This document shows positions 60,427 through 64,000 of a stretch of DNA of 64,000 nucleotides, piece after piece. Numbering within the stretch: position 1 is the first letter of the stretch; each line of letters starts with the position of its first letter. Under the pieces are notes generated by a model. That model ran no database searches and had not been told where the DNA came from. It saw only the letters and a list, made by a program, of their open reading frames with translations. The translations under genes and the position numbers were made by a program. Source of the stretch: Magallana gigas (lineage: Eukaryota); assembly GCF_963853765.1 (NCBI RefSeq), contig NC_088858.1, positions 30,938,001 through 31,002,000 on the forward strand, read 5' to 3'.

Positions 60427-63119
60427 TATTAATAAATTGATAAATTGAGTGTAAAAAGTGCGTAAAATTTATGAAATTACTGTCCATGTACATCAGTTCG
60501 TTGGCTAAAAGAAACAGCCAAATCATCTCCTATAGAAATTTGAGTCTGGCATCATCATGATTATTTCGTGCATTTTTCTTTGGTCGCTTTAGGTTTCGAC
60601 CAATCGATAAACGAGGCGTGTATATCTCAGTTGCGGCCTCCAGGTTTATATATGGAATACAACCCGGGGTAAATCCCCGTACACCCTTGATTGGGCCTAT
60701 ATAACAAATAATATGCTGGAGAAAAACACATTTTTATACATTACAAACCGTTTTTCACATGCATATGTAGTTAAGTCCACAAAATATCCATTAATGAGTC
60801 GTAATAAGGCGTTTAGTTAATATACACGTGTGAATTGGCCTGCCATTTTGTCGGAAATCTCACTCTAAATGTCTTGGATTTCATCATTAACATGACGACC
60901 GTACTCAGCGAAACTTCAAACGTGACGTTAAAAGTGGCAGTGATTTCGTAGCAAAAACAGTTAATGTGGTAAAATGGTCTAAAGAGCAACATAGTAGGTT
61001 TTTGAGACCAATCACATGAACATTTAGGCGTTATAATAAAACGCGATTTTTTTTCATTTGCTACGAAGCGAGTATATGGGACGAATTCTATCGTTAAACC
61101 GCGTCCGTAGGACATCTGTCATTTTAACGATTGAACATTAGATATCTAGCGTTGAACAGACCTGAAAAAGAATTATTAAAATAAAATCTGTAACAGCTTA
61201 ATATATTTCTATACTTATTAGGTAAAATAGCTTTTTTCTTTTAATTTTGATGACTTTTTTAAGGTCGAAAGTTCACATTGACTCTTTAAATTTATTGAGT
61301 GAGCTCATAATATGAAATGTCCTTGAATGGTATTAGAACTGTTGGGGTTTCAGTGTGAATTCCCCATTGTCACTAGAAATGAATATAGTAATTATCGAGA
61401 TCCTGATTATCCTTATGACTCAAGAGTCATTTCAATTTATTCCTGAATTTCTGTAATAAGATTGTAGGACACGTCCAGTTGATTGCAAATTAATTAGTTG
61501 ATTGCTTTGGTTACTATCATTTGTGTGTTTTAGCGATTAGTCATTGAATGATTAATTACATTTACATCGTCATCCATATTCAGTGACATCACGACAATCA
61601 GAAACAGACGACACTTCCGAGAATTTTACGTCAATCGGTAAACGTTTGGTTGGTTCAAGTGGACTTGGTTTCCGTTCATACGGAGAGAAAAATATTGGCT
61701 TTGTTACTTAAGCGCAGGTTCTATGAGAGATCCAATGCTAATATCGGAAAACATGATAATAAAATAAATAAAACTGAATGAAATGTGTGTCAGATTTAAG
61801 TTCTACATGAAAGCTTGCTCCTTTAAAAATATCGTCGTTATCATCATCATTATCATCATCATTTTTTTTTGCAAACAGTTGCCTGAGGATCATCAAATGG
61901 TATTTTCTGATTTATATTGACTTTTATTATATCCGTGTAAAAATTCTTCTACACAGTTTTATTCAACAAAAAGTCGAACAAAAAGGTCTAACAAAGGTGT
62001 TCACCAGTCTAGATCTGCCGTCTACACCAGATCTAATTGTAATTCCTCCCCGATCTTGGCGTGAGATGGTGCTGGGAATTATGCATCAGCAGTAAAGGAT
62101 AAAACAAACCAGTTATTCACTGGGATGTAGACAACATATAATTTCTTGGACCTTCAAACAGAAATATTGCCCTGTCTGTCTTTTGGTCCAACAAATCATA
62201 TATACATGTATTGCCCTCATGTTGACTGAATGGTGCAGTAGCAAAGTAGTTGAATATCTACAAGAAGTTACGTCTGATTTCTAAGATGACAAATGCTTGC
62301 AGATAAATTATTATCTTCATTTTCAATTCATTAATTAAAAATTAATTTGTTAGCTGCTTGTACAAAAACCTTAATTTGTATCATTATTGTTGTCAGAGAT
62401 CAAAATGGAGCTACTGGAAATTTAAAATCGGAGCTAGGACTTTCGGTGGGAAGTAACCGTCTAGCTTGCTTATGAAAACAAGCTGTCAAAATTCATTATG
62501 ACCCTCTTTCTTCTTCGCAAGGAGAAACTCGTCGATATTCACAGACTGTCGAAATCGGAATTTAAAACAATCTGCTCTGTTGAGTGAAACTGGCGCTGTT
62601 TCAAATAAATATAAATCCCTGGTTTAGGTCGGACAAGTGGTATTGCGTTCCATGTATTCCTATTCTCGGGTGGGAAAAGAATGCCATTTTTTCTATTTTA
62701 TTGAAACCCAACACTTTTCAATGACAATGACAATTTCAAGGAAAATTAATAAGTAACCCCATGACTGATTTATAAAATGTATGGATTGATAAACTCTGAA
62801 TTTCACTTGCATTTCGTTGGCATCATATTTAAGTAGTTTCCAACCCCCTGTTCTTGAGATTTAATATTAACAATTCAAAGTAAGATTTTTCAGTTCGCAT
62901 ATTGCAAAAGATATATAGTAGAGCTCTTAAAAATAACTTCTTGTTGTGATTGAATCATCACATTTTACACACAAGTTGTCAAAATACTATTTCAGTGTAT
63001 GTCAAAAAGTGCAAACTGAATCTACTAATAAAAAAAAATCTTCCAAATCTGACAAAAAATAACAAACCTTTTAAAAATAAGTCTTGTTTTCAATAAAATA
63101 TATAGAAAAAAAGAAAAAC

Positions 63120-64000
63120 TGGTATAGACCCCGCCTTCGGTTCCAAAAAATGTCATGCTCGAGGGTCGGCAATGGGGATAATCTTCCATTGTCTCTAAAA
63201 TGCACCCTTGTGTACCCCTCTAATAGCCCAAAAAATAGGACAAAAAAGTCCCGCTCATAGCTTGCTCGTGTGACTTGCATAGAACTGATTCTATTGATAG
63301 GGGAAGAAGAGAAGGCGCCTGAAAACCATTGCTTTAGGTAGATGGGGCTCATCAGTCTGGGAGGACAGCTCATCTAAGAGAAGGAAAACTAACACTCCAA
63401 ACCTCCACTACCTTGCACCCATACCCACTTTAGAAAGTAGAATTGCTAGTTGAAGGAAATTATTGATTAACAAAATTAATGGGCGGATTGTGCTCAACAG
63501 CAGTCTAGGAAGGAAATTCCAAATCAAACCGCCTTTCCTCGAAGATGTTTGCGTAGGACCAACTACCCTACCTTTAAAAAAGCCAAGTCACAGAAGCATC
63601 AAGGACGAACCAAAACAAACATAAACTTGACCAGAATGGGTCTATTTCAAGGGAACGACGATGCTGTACATGAAAGCTGAATTATATAATAGAAGTCACA
63701 AGACTGACTCACTTTCTGACAAATATCAGACTCGCTAATTGGAACGTCTAAACAACGTATAAAGCAGGAAGGACAGCACAAGTAGCAAAGGAGATGGAGC
63801 ATTACAACATTCGTCTCCTATGATTGAGTTGATGACGAAAAGAAAGACTCCTTTTACCAACAACACTTGATAAAGCAGGGAAGAAAGATATAACGAAACT
63901 CTGGGCGACTACAATGCGAAGACTGGAGCTGAAAACACAGACACAATGAAGTCATGGGTACACAAGGACGAGGATAAATGAACGAATACGGCGAGAGACT
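63120..64000 (+). mobile_element. Decayed RTE-clade LINE: 5'UTR plus start of the APE endonuclease, truncated by the window edge
   Basis: From 63724: IRLANWNV*TTYKAGRTAQVAKEMEHYNIRLL*LS, then DDEKKDSFYQ, LGDYNAKTGAENT (GDFNAK motif) and MNEYGERL. Stops, frameshifts and an internal deletion are present. The upstream GGTAGATGGGGCTCATCAGTCTGGGAGG..AGAAGGAAAACT..CCAAACCTCC resembles RTE 5'UTRs as I recall them. The left boundary is approximate. Confidence 0.75.

Noticed and set aside
60690-60704. ATTGG next to TATATAA as a divergent plus-strand promoter
   Set aside because: The CCAAT-to-TATA spacing of a few nt is not realistic, and no downstream gene is recognisable.
62009-62185. Faint Gypsy integrase zinc-finger-like translation (LIVIPPRSWREMVLGIMH...KYCPVC)
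   Set aside because: Contains a stop, lacks the second His and WP motif spacing, and has no flanking RT or integrase core; too weak to call without an HMM search.

Overview
AT-rich eukaryotic genomic DNA. The intron and repeat style suggests an invertebrate, probably a bivalve such as an oyster; this is inference and was not verified. There are two assembly gaps (816-1022, 18863-19012). The window is mostly a tandem array of ten spliced calmodulin-like (EF-hand) genes, all on the minus strand. I assembled each one by hand from GT-AG junctions; every model is frame-consistent from ATG to stop. None is canonical calmodulin. Gene A2 (313-5926) encodes a 345-aa, 8-EF-hand protein made of two N-lobe-only modules spliced onto a full 4-EF module through three homologous 55-nt linker exons. 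The other nine paralogs encode proteins of about 150 aa with different Ca2+-loop changes: all loops intact (B, E, J), C-lobe degenerate (F, G), N-lobe degenerate (H), or no loop retaining Glu12 (I). A compact two-exon TM2D1-like gene lies on the plus strand between B and D. Introns and spacers hold several MITE families (5-bp TSD, TTAA-flanked, TA-flanked and palindromic), microsatellites and a possible Helitron end. A decayed RTE-type LINE runs off the right edge. Gene labels A1-J are my own working names.
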